The notes beneath the pieces were generated by a model. That model made no database searches. It was not told the DNA's origin and worked only from the letters and a program-made list of their open reading frames with translations. From a virus, in IMG/VR virus record IMGVR_UViG_3300010354_000065, positions 10,808-74,807 of that record: a stretch of 64,000 bases of DNA. One strand, given 5' to 3'. Shown piece after piece: positions 31,371-41,496 of this stretch (position 1 is the stretch's first letter; every line of letters begins with the position of its first letter). Position numbers and translations under genes: made by a program.

Positions 31371-32566
31371 GGAGCTCCATTGAACGTACTATTACCTGGT
31401 GGTAGATTTGCATCTGCAACTGCACCAGCTCTCTGATTAACATTAGCTTGCTCATCAGCTTTTTTCTTTGCTTCTACTGCCTTCTTTACATTCTCAGCAC
31501 TAAACGCTTTGTCCTCTTTATCTTCCTCGCCTTCATCTCTTCTCGTGTAAGGTTCAATTTCTTTAAACGACATAGACACGTCAACAATTACAGGATCACC
31601 TGTCTTGAAGAAAGCAGGACCGTTGGGGGAATAGTTGACAGCCATGCCGGTCATAACACACTTTTTAAATTTGTATGGAACTTCTTTATTAGGACCAAAA
31701 GAGATTTCACAAGTATCAGGAAAGCTAAAAGCAGTGTCTGCACTTCCTTTAATAAAACTAGGCAACATGGCTTTTTTCAATTGCTTAATTATTTTCTTAA
31801 CTGTTTCGAGCTCAGCCCTCGAATTGGGAGCAAACCTGTATTGAAAGGAATGAGTTCTTAGCTCCACGTTATTAAAAATCACTGCTTGATATGGATTTGG
31901 TGTAAGACCTGATGCAATTCTTGCTACATCTTTAGCAACAGATTTTTGACCCAGAGCAGCTGCACCTGCTGCTGTGATAGCACCTACAGCAACACCCGCC
32001 ATTGTAACGTCATCTGCTCCTCCCCTAACGCCACCTCCCGGTGCACCTTGTAATTCTCGAGTCCTTCTTATAAGTTGATCAGCCCCTGCACCTGCAAGTC
32101 CCAACTCAGCTGTATCATACCCTACTGTAAACACTTCGTTTAAATTACTTGGCATCGGTAAAACAATAGTCGCTGTGTATTGTTCTTTGGGTTTGTCTGT
32201 AGCGAGTATACGTTGATATGTTGCAAACTTGAACATAGTGAAATATTTTAAGTCTGTTGGATAAGTTAATGCGCTGGCAGGAACAGTAGGCTTTAAACTG
32301 GGAGGGGGTCCAGGATCTGCCTTTTCTGGGGCTATTCTTGGCAACCCATTAGTTGGGAATTGGGTTTGTATTTGGGCGGCGGGACTTTTTTCAAATAACC
32401 CACTTGCTGCTTTTGATAGTCCTGCTACACCTTTGTTAGCTACATCCTTCAATCCGTTCAGACTGACTTTATTTGCCAACGACGCCAGGCCACCTTGAAG
32501 GTTGCTAAATTGTGCTTGTGCACCTGCTGTAATATCCGAAATTAAACCTGAACCTGGGAAAGACAT
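31367..32566 (-). CDS. gp48: baseplate tail tube cap gp48
   Basis: LTYP, IVLPMP, NPYQAVIFNNVELRTHSFQYRFAP, C..T.M.VNYSPNG, FKEIE. Confidence 0.85.
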   Translation of the reverse strand: MSFPGSGLISDITAGAQAQFSNLQGGLASLANKVSLNGLKDVANKGVAGLSKAASGLFEKSPAAQIQTQFPTNGLPRIAPEKADPGPPPSLKPTVPASALTYPTDLKYFTMFKFATYQRILATDKPKEQYTATIVLPMPSNLNEVFTVGYDTAELGLAGAGADQLIRRTRELQGAPGGGVRGGADDVTMAGVAVGAITAAGAAALGQKSVAKDVARIASGLTPNPYQAVIFNNVELRTHSFQYRFAPNSRAELETVKKIIKQLKKAMLPSFIKGSADTAFSFPDTCEISFGPNKEVPYKFKKCVMTGMAVNYSPNGPAFFKTGDPVIVDVSMSFKEIEPYTRRDEGEEDKEDKAFSAENVKKAVEAKKKADEQANVNQRAGAVADANLPPGNSTFNGAP

Positions 32567-32573
32567 ATAAATA
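32566..32573 (+). promoter_or_regulatory. T4-type late promoter TATAAATA
   Basis: exact gp55 consensus 5 nt upstream of the gp4 ATG, overlapping the divergent gp48 start codon. Confidence 0.75.
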
Positions 32574-32578
32574 TTCCT

Positions 32579-33022
32579 ATGAGTTACAAAGGATTTTTTA
32601 AACCTTCCAACCCTGCTAAGTATCGAGGCGATCCTTCTAACATCGTATATCGTAGTAGTTGGGAGTTAAAATTTATGAAGTATTTAGACGCTCACAAAGA
32701 CGTCTTAGAATGGTCTAGCGAGGAATTCGCTATTCCTTACCGTTCTCCTTTGGATAATCAAATACATAGATACTTCCCTGACTTCAAGCTAAAAAAAAGG
32801 AATCCTGAGGGTGTGATGGAAACTCTTGTGGTGGAAATAAAACCGGAAAAGGAAACTAAGCCGCCTAAACCTCAAACCATGAAGACAAAACAGTATCTTC
32901 GTGAAGTGTATACGTGGGGTATCAACAGCGCTAAATGGAAAGCAGCTAGGACATTCTGTGAAGATAGAAAATGGAAATTTATTATAATGACGGAACACGA
33001 ACTAGGGATTAAATCACTCTGA
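32579..33022 (+). CDS. gp4: head completion nuclease gp4 (TnsA-like)
   Basis: YKG.FKP.NP.KY.GD, YRSSWE, HRYFPDF, EIKP, N.AKW.AA. Confidence 0.93.
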   Translation: MSYKGFFKPSNPAKYRGDPSNIVYRSSWELKFMKYLDAHKDVLEWSSEEFAIPYRSPLDNQIHRYFPDFKLKKRNPEGVMETLVVEIKPEKETKPPKPQTMKTKQYLREVYTWGINSAKWKAARTFCEDRKWKFIIMTEHELGIKSL

Positions 33023-33621
33023 TGGCTACACAACCTTTTACCGAAGCTCTGCAAAACGTACCTAACCCTACACAGGTGCAAAACAACTCACGTACGTGGC
33101 TACGAGAGCAGATGCAGAACTTCAGCTCGACAACAGACCCTCGTAGGTTATTAAGAGCGGCACCAGAGCAAAAAGAAAGTAGACTTGTTTCAAAGTTGAC
33201 TGTGGGCCGTATGTATTTGTTTTACTACGATCCAAAAATGAAAGAGGAATTACCATATTATGATAGGTTTCCTCTTATCTTCCCTTTTCAAAAGGTCGAT
33301 GACGGTTTTTATGGTATAAACATGCACTACCTGCCGCACGTCCTGCGTGCACGTTTAATGGACAGCTTGTATTCATTAGCCAACAATGCAAACAACGATG
33401 ATAGCACGAAACTAAAGCTATCTTACCAAATACTCAACTCTTCGAGCCGATTCAAGTACTTTAAACCTTGTGTCAAGCACTATCTAAATAACCACGTAAG
33501 AAGTAGGTTTCTCTGGGTACCAGCAGAAGAATGGAAGACAGCATTGTTTTTACCATTAGAGAGATTTGCAAAAGCAAATAAAAATAAAGTGTGGCAAGAC
33601 AGTAGGAGATCGGTAAAATAA
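33022..33621 (+). CDS. gp2: DNA end protector gp2
   Basis: GRMYLFYYDPK, LPYYDRFPL, GINMHYLP, KPCVKHYL, VWQDS. Confidence 0.93.
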   Translation: MATQPFTEALQNVPNPTQVQNNSRTWLREQMQNFSSTTDPRRLLRAAPEQKESRLVSKLTVGRMYLFYYDPKMKEELPYYDRFPLIFPFQKVDDGFYGINMHYLPHVLRARLMDSLYSLANNANNDDSTKLKLSYQILNSSSRFKYFKPCVKHYLNNHVRSRFLWVPAEEWKTALFLPLERFAKANKNKVWQDSRRSVK

Positions 33622-34470
33622 ATGGGATTACTTAACACAGGTATGAATGCTCTTGGCACCTTTTCAGTGCTTAAGGGCCTTCTCGGTAAAAAAAAGCAAG
33701 GACCTTCCGGACGTTTTAACACGTTTATGTCCGAACTTCGTGCCGGCGGAGTAGCAAGGTCTAACTATTTTGATGTTGTGTTTGGCGTACCCTTAGTTTT
33801 TTACGATGATGAGCCCAATCTTGTCCCTTCAGCACAAAAACTCTCCCTTTTTGCTGACAGCGTATCAATGCCAGGTTTGAATATTCAAACAGACTCGATA
33901 AAACGGTACGGAATTGGTCCTACGGAAAATGTTCCGTATTCAACACAATTTAACGACATTACAATCAACTTCATTGGTGATGGTAGAGGAGAGGTCTACA
34001 AATTTTTTTACAATTGGATGCACGGAATTGTCAGCGCTGATAAATTTATTCCCGCGGGAAAGCTCTCTCCTGGAGGGCTTGCACCGTATGAGGTAGAGTT
34101 TAAGAACAGATATGAGACAATCATATCAATCACTACATATAACGAACAAAACGATACTGTGCTTGAATATAAACTATACGGTGCTTTTCCAAAAACAGTT
34201 CCGGATATCCAGCTTTCTTGGAAAGACGCTGATGGATACATGCAGTTTGGAATAACCTTTTGTTATATGTACGCCGAGCTTACAAATGCTTCAAAACAAT
34301 TTCAAGCTGGACCAAACGGCGTTAAAGGACTATCCCTTTTACAAAAGGCTCTCAAACTTGGTACTGCTTTGCAGACTCTCAAATCATTGAAGAGACCACG
34401 AAGCATCCAAGACGCACTTGCCTCTTCCACATCAATCAAAAATATTGCCTCTGGCTCTGGTTTATTTTAA
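33622..34470 (+). CDS. tail tube initiator gp54 / gp19-family protein
   Basis: ARSNYF.V, SMPG, ITINF, FFYNWM, L.GAFP..V..I.LSW tube-fold motifs. Confidence 0.75.
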   Translation: MGLLNTGMNALGTFSVLKGLLGKKKQGPSGRFNTFMSELRAGGVARSNYFDVVFGVPLVFYDDEPNLVPSAQKLSLFADSVSMPGLNIQTDSIKRYGIGPTENVPYSTQFNDITINFIGDGRGEVYKFFYNWMHGIVSADKFIPAGKLSPGGLAPYEVEFKNRYETIISITTYNEQNDTVLEYKLYGAFPKTVPDIQLSWKDADGYMQFGITFCYMYAELTNASKQFQAGPNGVKGLSLLQKALKLGTALQTLKSLKRPRSIQDALASSTSIKNIASGSGLF

Positions 34471-34485
34471 TTTTAGGAGTTTATT

Positions 34486-35196
34486 ATGAGATTGCCAGTG
34501 ATACAACATCCTGTGTTTAGTCTTACGTTACCATCAACACAACGAACAGTACACTTTCGTCCTTTCCTCGTTAAAGAAGAAAAGATTCTTCTTGTAGCGC
34601 AGTCTAGTGGAGATCAGACTGACGTACTTCGTGCTGTAAAACAAGTGATTACTAATTGTATCACTGACGAAAACGTTAACGTTGACGACTTCACCACATA
34701 TGATCTCGAGTACTTCTTTATTAAACTAAGATCAAAATCAATCCAAAACATTATTAAACTCGTATACCGTGACAATGAGGATGATCAGCTATACGATGTT
34801 CATGTTGATCTTGAGGAAGTTGAGGTAAAAAGGGGATCAGAGGTTTCTGATACTTTTGAAATCAATGAGGGATGTAAGATAAAACTACGCCATCCTCGTC
34901 TCGAGATCATTAATCAAGCCGACAGTCTTGAAGAAGGTGTAGACTTCAATTTCTTTATAATTCAATCGTGTATCGATAAGGTTATCGTAAACGATATTGC
35001 ACATGACCCAGGCCAATACAGTAAAGAGGAGCTTGCAGAGTTTGTAGAAAACTTACCTGTTCCTGCATACCAACATATTCAACAATATATTGATTCAATG
35101 CCAAAGATCGAACACGAGATTAAATATACAAACTCAACAGGACGAGAAGTTAAAATTGTTTTACGGACATTAACCGATTTTTTCACGTTGGGCTGA
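34486..35196 (+). CDS. gp26: baseplate hub assembly protein gp26
   Basis: LPST, FRPFLVKEEKILL, DLEYFFIKLRSKS, MPKI, C-terminal DFF. Confidence 0.92.
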   Translation: MRLPVIQHPVFSLTLPSTQRTVHFRPFLVKEEKILLVAQSSGDQTDVLRAVKQVITNCITDENVNVDDFTTYDLEYFFIKLRSKSIQNIIKLVYRDNEDDQLYDVHVDLEEVEVKRGSEVSDTFEINEGCKIKLRHPRLEIINQADSLEEGVDFNFFIIQSCIDKVIVNDIAHDPGQYSKEELAEFVENLPVPAYQHIQQYIDSMPKIEHEIKYTNSTGREVKIVLRTLTDFFTLG

Positions 35197-35366
35197 GCCA
35201 TAACACCTTAGCAAACTATTATCAGTTCTTGTTTGCTATGGCTCAGCATCATAAATATTCGCTATCTGAGCTTGAAAATTTGTATCCTTATGAACGTGAT
35301 CTTTATGGTGATATGCTCAAAGATTATCTCCAAAATGAACAACAAAGGCTTCAGCAGCGACAATAA
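35178..35366 (+). CDS. gp51: gp51 baseplate hub assembly catalyst, probably reached by -1 frameshift from gp26
   Basis: the -1 frame reads LSHNTLANYYQFLFAMAQHHKYSLSELENLYPYERDLYGDML..., the gp51 signature; no in-frame ATG/GTG/TTG before the conserved part; TAA at 35364-35366 overlaps the next ATG. Confidence 0.8.
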   Translation, partial: FFHVGLSHNTLANYYQFLFAMAQHHKYSLSELENLYPYERDLYGDMLKDYLQNEQQRLQQRQ

Positions 35367-36997
35367 TGGCAACCTCTTCATCAGATTTAGTAAGCGAATT
35401 AAAAAAAGCGGCTCAACAAAAATTAACAACCTCGTTTCTTGGAACGGGTATTGTTGGCCGCACTATCGCAAAGAGAATTGCTGACAAAAACAAAGACAGG
35501 GACAACCCTGTCAGCAAAGCTATGTCTGAACAAAACGCTGTTCAGAATCAAGTCAATTCAACCGCTGTAAGAATAGAGCCAATTGTACGTAGTATTGCTC
35601 GCACGATCAATATGCTTGCTAGAGTGTGGGCAAAGCATGTTTATGCTAAACAAGAAGCATTGCGTCTACAACGAGAAAGATTGACGAAAGCGAGAGCTTT
35701 AGCTGAGGAAGAGGAAAATGAACGTAAACAAGCTGAGCAACAAGCCGTAACAAAAGAATCTATTTCCGGAACCCGAACCGAAGAAGGCAAGGGAATACTG
35801 GGATCTATTTTAGGATACACCAAGTCAACAAGAAGCCTTATGTTCAAGGCTTTCAAAGAACTTGGTGCTCTTTTACTCAAAGTGGGAATAGGCGGGGCCG
35901 CAGCAGCGTATGCGATGAGCGTTGCTAATGCACAGGACGAAGGCAATCAACCTCCACCATCAGCAGAAACGCAACCATCATCAGCTCCTGGAGCTCAATT
36001 ACAAAGTGCAGCTCCTGTAACAGGACAAGTACCACAAGAGTCAACACCACCTACACCATCAACTAATTTAGCCGTCGGTACCACACCAACCGCGTCGACA
36101 TTGACTCCTGCACTTACTCCTGATATAAAACCAGGAGTTGTAGGTGGTTCAATGCCTGACAATCCTGCTAAGTATCTTAAACCAAACCCTCCTCTTGACG
36201 CAAGTGGAAAACCAATTCCATTTACTCCAGGACCACAATCGTATCCTTCAGTAAATATTCAACAGGGTGTTCCTTATACTCCAACACCTCCTGTAGTACC
36301 CGGGCATCACCTATGGCCACCTAAACCTTCAACACCAGGTGCGCCTTCAGCATCTGTTGTTAGTCAGCCACAGCTGTCATCAAATGCTGATAACACACGA
36401 GGTACGACAGAAACTACAACTAACGAACCAAACCCAACAGACATGAGACTGGCTAGAGGAACACAGACTCCTCCGATGATGAGTGCAATGCCAGGTACTA
36501 CGCCGCCTTCAACCACAATGGCAGCTGCACCTCAGCCAGAACAAGGTATGCAAGCAGCGGGACAATCAAGCATGCCACCAAGTATACAACAGTTTGTCTC
36601 GCAAGTACAGCAGAGTACAAGAAGTACAACAAGCCCACCTAATACAGCTGATAATATGGGCCGTCCTGGTGCTTCTCTTGCGGGAATTCCGACTTCTACA
36701 TCCGGAAACGATGTAACAGGTGGACTGTCTGGTGTTCCTCAAGGCTCTCCTAGCACAATTGGCGGTCTAAGCGGCATCATTGGATCATCAGCTAGTTCTG
36801 GTAACCAATTGTCTTCACTTTCTACCTTAATTGATTCCCTTGTTGAAAAAGGTATACAAAGCATTGCTCCAATTTTTAATTCTTCTCCAACAACAAATGC
36901 AGATTTGATGGGTGAAGGAACGTCGCCTTTGTTACCTTCTCCTGTAGCCAACCGAGGATCCTTAGATATTGGCACAACTTTCGATGCACATGCGTGA
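35366..36997 (+). CDS. tape-measure/hub-like virion protein with Pro/Thr/Ser-rich C-terminal half
   Basis: gp29 position after gp26-gp51; helical N-terminus, hydrophobic segment, low-complexity tail. Confidence 0.5.
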   Translation: MATSSSDLVSELKKAAQQKLTTSFLGTGIVGRTIAKRIADKNKDRDNPVSKAMSEQNAVQNQVNSTAVRIEPIVRSIARTINMLARVWAKHVYAKQEALRLQRERLTKARALAEEEENERKQAEQQAVTKESISGTRTEEGKGILGSILGYTKSTRSLMFKAFKELGALLLKVGIGGAAAAYAMSVANAQDEGNQPPPSAETQPSSAPGAQLQSAAPVTGQVPQESTPPTPSTNLAVGTTPTASTLTPALTPDIKPGVVGGSMPDNPAKYLKPNPPLDASGKPIPFTPGPQSYPSVNIQQGVPYTPTPPVVPGHHLWPPKPSTPGAPSASVVSQPQLSSNADNTRGTTETTTNEPNPTDMRLARGTQTPPMMSAMPGTTPPSTTMAAAPQPEQGMQAAGQSSMPPSIQQFVSQVQQSTRSTTSPPNTADNMGRPGASLAGIPTSTSGNDVTGGLSGVPQGSPSTIGGLSGIIGSSASSGNQLSSLSTLIDSLVEKGIQSIAPIFNSSPTTNADLMGEGTSPLLPSPVANRGSLDIGTTFDAHA

Positions 36998-37004
36998 GGG
37001 TTAA

Positions 37005-39881
37005 ATGGCAAGTATTCCTTCACTAGTATTACGCGAATATCTTGAAAGTAACATGGGCCTCTTCGGTGAGGCTATGAAAAATGCTCGCATACGCCGCGAG
37101 CAGCGACAAGAGATACAAAAGCAAGTCGATATTATAGAAGAAAAAACACAAGAGATAAAAGCTGTTCGTTCTTCACTCGCGGTAACTTATAAGAACTTTC
37201 AGCAAATTGATCGCGATCTGAAGATTTTAGCTAGAGCTATGGCCGCCCACATCGGGCTTGAAGACGAAGACTTTAATTTACAAAAGTCGTATGACTCTCC
37301 TCGTGGTAAAAAGAAATCATTGATCCCTCAAGGTCTTGAACAACAGATTAAAGAAGATGAGGATAATTTAAGCGGTCTTCTCCGCTTTTTCAGGCTTCCT
37401 GGTCGTACACCTCCAAGACGTAGGCCACCAACAAGAAAGCCGCCGAGAGGAGTAGCAAGACCACCAAGAGTACCACCAAGAGTACCACCAAGAGTACCAC
37501 CAAGAGTACCACCAAGAGTACCTCCCGGTCAAAGACCTCCCCTTGGAACGGGTAAACCTCCAGTAAGAGTTCCTCCAATTGTAGGTGGTGTTCCGAGCGA
37601 AGATGAAATAAAAAGAGCTCGGGCTGCTACTGCTGCGCTTGATGCCGAGCAAAAAAGAATTACCGATCTACAAGAAAGAGTTAGAACTCAACAAGCTGCA
37701 TTACAACAAGAACGAGCAAGATTTGCTGTTGAAACGGAAGAATTTAAAAAGCAAACCGTACAACTAGAACAACAACGTGCAACTCTACAAAAACAAATTG
37801 CTGAGCTTGAAACAAAACGAGCGGGTGCCGCTATGGCTCTTGAAAGAGTCGCTGCTGATGCGGAGCGTAGCCGTACAAACGTAGCACGATTACAGGCTGA
37901 AATATCAAACGTCGAACAAGAAAGATTAAAGCTCGAACAACGAAGAACACAAGCTCTCGTGGATGCACGTAACGCGTCTCTTGATGCTGCAAAAGCAAGA
38001 TATGCAGAGATACGTGCTAATTGGGAAAGTTACAACAAGACCGCTGACGAGCTTGGTCGACCAAGACGAAGCGTTGACAGTTTGATTGCTCAACAAGAGC
38101 TGGTTAAACCGAATCTCGAAGCTTCTGATCGTCGTGTAAATGCTGAGTTTGATAGAAAAGTAGCAGAATTTGACTCAAAAATTAATAGCACTAATGCAGC
38201 AATTGCAGCAGAACGACAAGCCCTGGCACAACATGCTCGCGTATATGAGCATATTAATAACAACTTAACACGTGCAGAGGTGCAACAAAACGCGGTTCGT
38301 AATCAAGTGGCAGAGACTGTACAACGTCAGGCCGCAGCAAGCGAAGCTATAAGAACTGCTCCTGATAGAGAAATGTCGTTGATGGCAAGAGAAAGGGCTC
38401 TAGCAGACAGTGCGAGGTATGCCGAAGAACTAGCAAGAAGACCACCAGCTATTCTTCCTACACCACCAGCCGCTGTACCACCAGCCGCTGTACCACCAGC
38501 AGCAGCTGCTCCTCCTGTTAAACCGCCACCTCCAACAAGAGTTGTCCATGTACCTCTCAATGGTCAAGCGTTAGCCGCTGCACAAGCCTTTGCAAAGAAC
38601 GCTATTGTACAAAAACTTGGTGCAGCAATTTACAAAAAGCTGCCTGTGATTGGTATAGGTATTGTAGCTGGCATTGCTGTTTGGCAATTAGCACAAGGTA
38701 AAGTTACACAAGCTGCAATATCAGTAGCAGAAGGTTTTGATCCTACTTTTGTTGGTGTCACTGCGGCTACATTAAAGTATCAAGTAAAACTTGAAACATA
38801 CTTCAACTCACATAAAATTGATTATCACGTTGAGAAAATAATAAATCCAGAACTGGCTGAACAACGTTGGGACGAAGTTACCAAAATTGTCGATGCGCAG
38901 TGGGCAAAGGTTCAAGAGGAACTGGCCAACACTTGGAAGACATTCAAAGAAGGCCTTAAAGAACAATGGCGTCGTGACCTTGATAAAGGGTTACTGAACG
39001 TTCTTCGCGAAAGTATCACATCACAGCCAACAGAAGGTAGAGAGGTAGATAGGTTAGGGCGACGTCGTGGCAGAGGTCGTAATGTTACGCCTTATGTGGC
39101 AGGCGATGGTCAACCTGCTCCTCCTACACCTGTTGACATCCCCACTATAACGGGTCGAGCAATATCTGTTGCAGGTGCGATCAGAGAGGCTTCAAAACTA
39201 ATAGGTGTTGATGAAGCATTAATGCTTGCCATGGCAAGGCAAGAAAGTGGATTCGTTGCTGATATAGTCAACCCCGATTCAAAAGCAACAGGTCTATTTC
39301 AGTTTTTAGATAGCACATGGCGTGAAATAACGTCGAAGAATCCACAATATGCAGAAATCTTTGCAAGAGGTCCTAAAGATCCTTTTGCAAACTCCATCGC
39401 TGGTGCCATTTTTCTTAAAAACAATATTCAAGCTTTAAAGTCAAATGGGCTTGAGGTTAATCATCGTAACCTCTACGCTGCCCATTTCTTTGGTGCTACT
39501 GGAGCAGCAGCGCTGCTTAGAGCTAATCCAAACAAAATAGCAGCCGACGTAATCAAACCACTGATACCAAAAGGTCCTGAACAAAACTTAAACACTTTTT
39601 ATATTGGTGGAGATAAATCAAAACCAAGAACTGTTGGTCAATTACTAGAACTTCTACAGATTAAAGTTGGTAATTACGTTCCTGAGTACTCACGTGAATT
39701 GCAGCAAGGTGGTTCGGGTGAGGAAATTGTTGGTAGAACGCTAGCTTTAAGAGCAGCAAAACAACAGGGGCAGCAAAGACCTGCCCCTGTTGTACAACCA
39801 TCACACACTACCACATACGTTCCTGTTCAAAATGGCCCTGGAGCCAGTCGTTCAGAGAACATTCCTATGGTAGGAAGGTAA
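37005..39881 (+). CDS. tape-measure-like protein with lytic transglycosylase (SLT) domain
   Basis: long coiled coil, hydrophobic helix, AMARQESG...ATGLFQF..STW and LYAAHFFG SLT motifs. Confidence 0.75.
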   Translation: MASIPSLVLREYLESNMGLFGEAMKNARIRREQRQEIQKQVDIIEEKTQEIKAVRSSLAVTYKNFQQIDRDLKILARAMAAHIGLEDEDFNLQKSYDSPRGKKKSLIPQGLEQQIKEDEDNLSGLLRFFRLPGRTPPRRRPPTRKPPRGVARPPRVPPRVPPRVPPRVPPRVPPGQRPPLGTGKPPVRVPPIVGGVPSEDEIKRARAATAALDAEQKRITDLQERVRTQQAALQQERARFAVETEEFKKQTVQLEQQRATLQKQIAELETKRAGAAMALERVAADAERSRTNVARLQAEISNVEQERLKLEQRRTQALVDARNASLDAAKARYAEIRANWESYNKTADELGRPRRSVDSLIAQQELVKPNLEASDRRVNAEFDRKVAEFDSKINSTNAAIAAERQALAQHARVYEHINNNLTRAEVQQNAVRNQVAETVQRQAAASEAIRTAPDREMSLMARERALADSARYAEELARRPPAILPTPPAAVPPAAVPPAAAAPPVKPPPPTRVVHVPLNGQALAAAQAFAKNAIVQKLGAAIYKKLPVIGIGIVAGIAVWQLAQGKVTQAAISVAEGFDPTFVGVTAATLKYQVKLETYFNSHKIDYHVEKIINPELAEQRWDEVTKIVDAQWAKVQEELANTWKTFKEGLKEQWRRDLDKGLLNVLRESITSQPTEGREVDRLGRRRGRGRNVTPYVAGDGQPAPPTPVDIPTITGRAISVAGAIREASKLIGVDEALMLAMARQESGFVADIVNPDSKATGLFQFLDSTWREITSKNPQYAEIFARGPKDPFANSIAGAIFLKNNIQALKSNGLEVNHRNLYAAHFFGATGAAALLRANPNKIAADVIKPLIPKGPEQNLNTFYIGGDKSKPRTVGQLLELLQIKVGNYVPEYSRELQQGGSGEEIVGRTLALRAAKQQGQQRPAPVVQPSHTTTYVPVQNGPGASRSENIPMVGR
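37461..37520 (+). repeat. perfect 12-bp tandem repeat CCACCAAGAGTA x5 (PPRV)
   Basis: directly visible. Confidence 0.95.
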
Positions 39882-39886
39882 GTTGT

Positions 39887-40819
39887 TTACTCTCCATCAG
39901 CAAGACGCTGGAACATTGCCATGTCCTCGTCTTCTTGGTCATCCCAAGGAAGATCGGCTTTAGGAATAGGCTTCGCAGCTTTAGCAGGAGCCGCCTTTGG
40001 AGCAGCACTACGCATTTCCGGAGCCTCTTCCCACATATCCTGCTTTGATGCTGGCCGCTCTGAAGCACCAACTCCAAGTGCAAGCACCTTATTGAGGCGA
40101 CTCTTCACCTCATCATAGGTCTTAAAGTTACTACGCTCAAGGAAAGCAGCCAGCGGATACTCCTTTTTCCACACTGCCTCAAGTTCATCATCATCCTCCA
40201 ACAGAGCAGAAGGACTATCAAACTCAGATTTATCGTAGTTTGAGTAACCATCAACCTTACGAATCTTCAGTTTGAAGTTAGCACCACTCCAGAGATCAAA
40301 TGGGTTGAGAGGAGTCTCATCCTCGAACTCAGGATTCATAGCAGCGTTTAGCTTATCAAAGATTTTCTTGCCATACTTGAACAAGAACACCTTACCTTCG
40401 TTGTCAGGATTAGAAGGATCTTTCACAACATATACATTGCTAATGAAAGACAGCTTACGCTTACGCTTACGAACCGTATCTTGGTTCTCTTTGATGTTGG
40501 TATTCCACAACTCACTATTGTGTTCGCAGACGGGGCACTTCTCATTAACAGAAGTCAAGCACCCATCAATCAACCAACCACCAGGACCCTGGAAGGCGTG
40601 ATCAAACAAACGGACAAAAGGAACGTCTTCACCACCAGGAGCTGGAAGAAAACGAATAACAGCATAACCGTTACCAGCTTTATCCACTTCTGGACGCCAA
40701 AAGCGATCGTCGTCTTGAGGTTTGTTAGAGGGAGCTGCTAGCTTTTCTACGGCGCTGTGAATGTTTGCAAGAGAAGAGGCGCCACTAGCTTTTTTGAGCG
40801 ATTTGAAATCGATTGTCAT
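39887..40819 (-). CDS. gp32: single-stranded DNA-binding protein gp32
   Basis: DDRFW, GNGYAVIRFLP, HAFQGPGGW, CPVC, GKKIFDK, GANFKLKIR, NYDKSEF, acidic tail. Confidence 0.96.
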   Translation of the reverse strand: MTIDFKSLKKASGASSLANIHSAVEKLAAPSNKPQDDDRFWRPEVDKAGNGYAVIRFLPAPGGEDVPFVRLFDHAFQGPGGWLIDGCLTSVNEKCPVCEHNSELWNTNIKENQDTVRKRKRKLSFISNVYVVKDPSNPDNEGKVFLFKYGKKIFDKLNAAMNPEFEDETPLNPFDLWSGANFKLKIRKVDGYSNYDKSEFDSPSALLEDDDELEAVWKKEYPLAAFLERSNFKTYDEVKSRLNKVLALGVGASERPASKQDMWEEAPEMRSAAPKAAPAKAAKPIPKADLPWDDQEDEDMAMFQRLADGE

Positions 40820-40890
40820 ACGTATATCCTTGTATAAAATGTGTTGAATGTATAAGTCGTATCCACAGTATCATAACGATACAGGTATTT

Positions 40891-40919
40891 ATCTTACAGC
40901 TTTATGTTGAACTTGTCAA
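40891..40919 (-). promoter_or_regulatory. sigma70-type promoter for gp32 (TTGACA-17-TAAGAT) with overlapping late-like ATAAATA
   Basis: motif and 17-nt spacer seen directly. Confidence 0.6.
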
Positions 40920-41496
40920 CAAGAACTTTTTTAAAGGTCTCTTTTTCATAATGCATGAAGGGATGATACTTCTTGCATTTTTGCCTTACATCAGGCCATA
41001 TTACCTGGTCGGTAATCTCTTTATTCCACATCGGTGTAAAGCGAAGAATGTCATTAAGTATAATGAAAGTCTCGATGTGAATTTCTTTTCTTAGTAACAT
41101 CTTCAGCGCTTGGGGGTGTTGCCCATCGACAACAATAAAATTATCAATAATAGAATCGCCAAATTTGTCAAGATCGTTTGTAAACACATATGTAAGTGAT
41201 TCCTTTACACGAAGCCATTCCTTGTAAAGCTTTTCGGATTCCTCATTACGAAGAAGGTCTCCTACCCATACATCTTGCTTGCCATACACAAATAAAGCAA
41301 CAAGGAAATTAGTCAGGTCCTTATGTTTTGAGAGTTTGTGAAAAAAATACTTGTCGTTGCGAGAGTCAAATTTGTCTCTACGTGCTTTGACAGCGCCGTT
41401 GTATTTAAAAAAGTCATAACTCTTTGTCGTGAAATGACTCTTTAACGCAAGATAGTGCTTGTAAGCTTCAAATGCGTCCATTCTCAATGTAAACAT
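40894..41496 (-). CDS. gp59: helicase loader gp59
   Basis: Y..YLALKSHF...YDFFKYNG, RNDKYFF.KL, GQHP, I.IET, KYHPF; start may be 41481. Confidence 0.92.
   Translation of the reverse strand: MFTLRMDAFEAYKHYLALKSHFTTKSYDFFKYNGAVKARRDKFDSRNDKYFFHKLSKHKDLTNFLVALFVYGKQDVWVGDLLRNEESEKLYKEWLRVKESLTYVFTNDLDKFGDSIIDNFIVVDGQHPQALKMLLRKEIHIETFIILNDILRFTPMWNKEITDQVIWPDVRQKCKKYHPFMHYEKETFKKVLVDKFNIKL

Noticed and set aside
35233-35484. 83-aa ORF after gp26
   Set aside because: Wrong frame; the gp51 signature is in the frame ending at 35366
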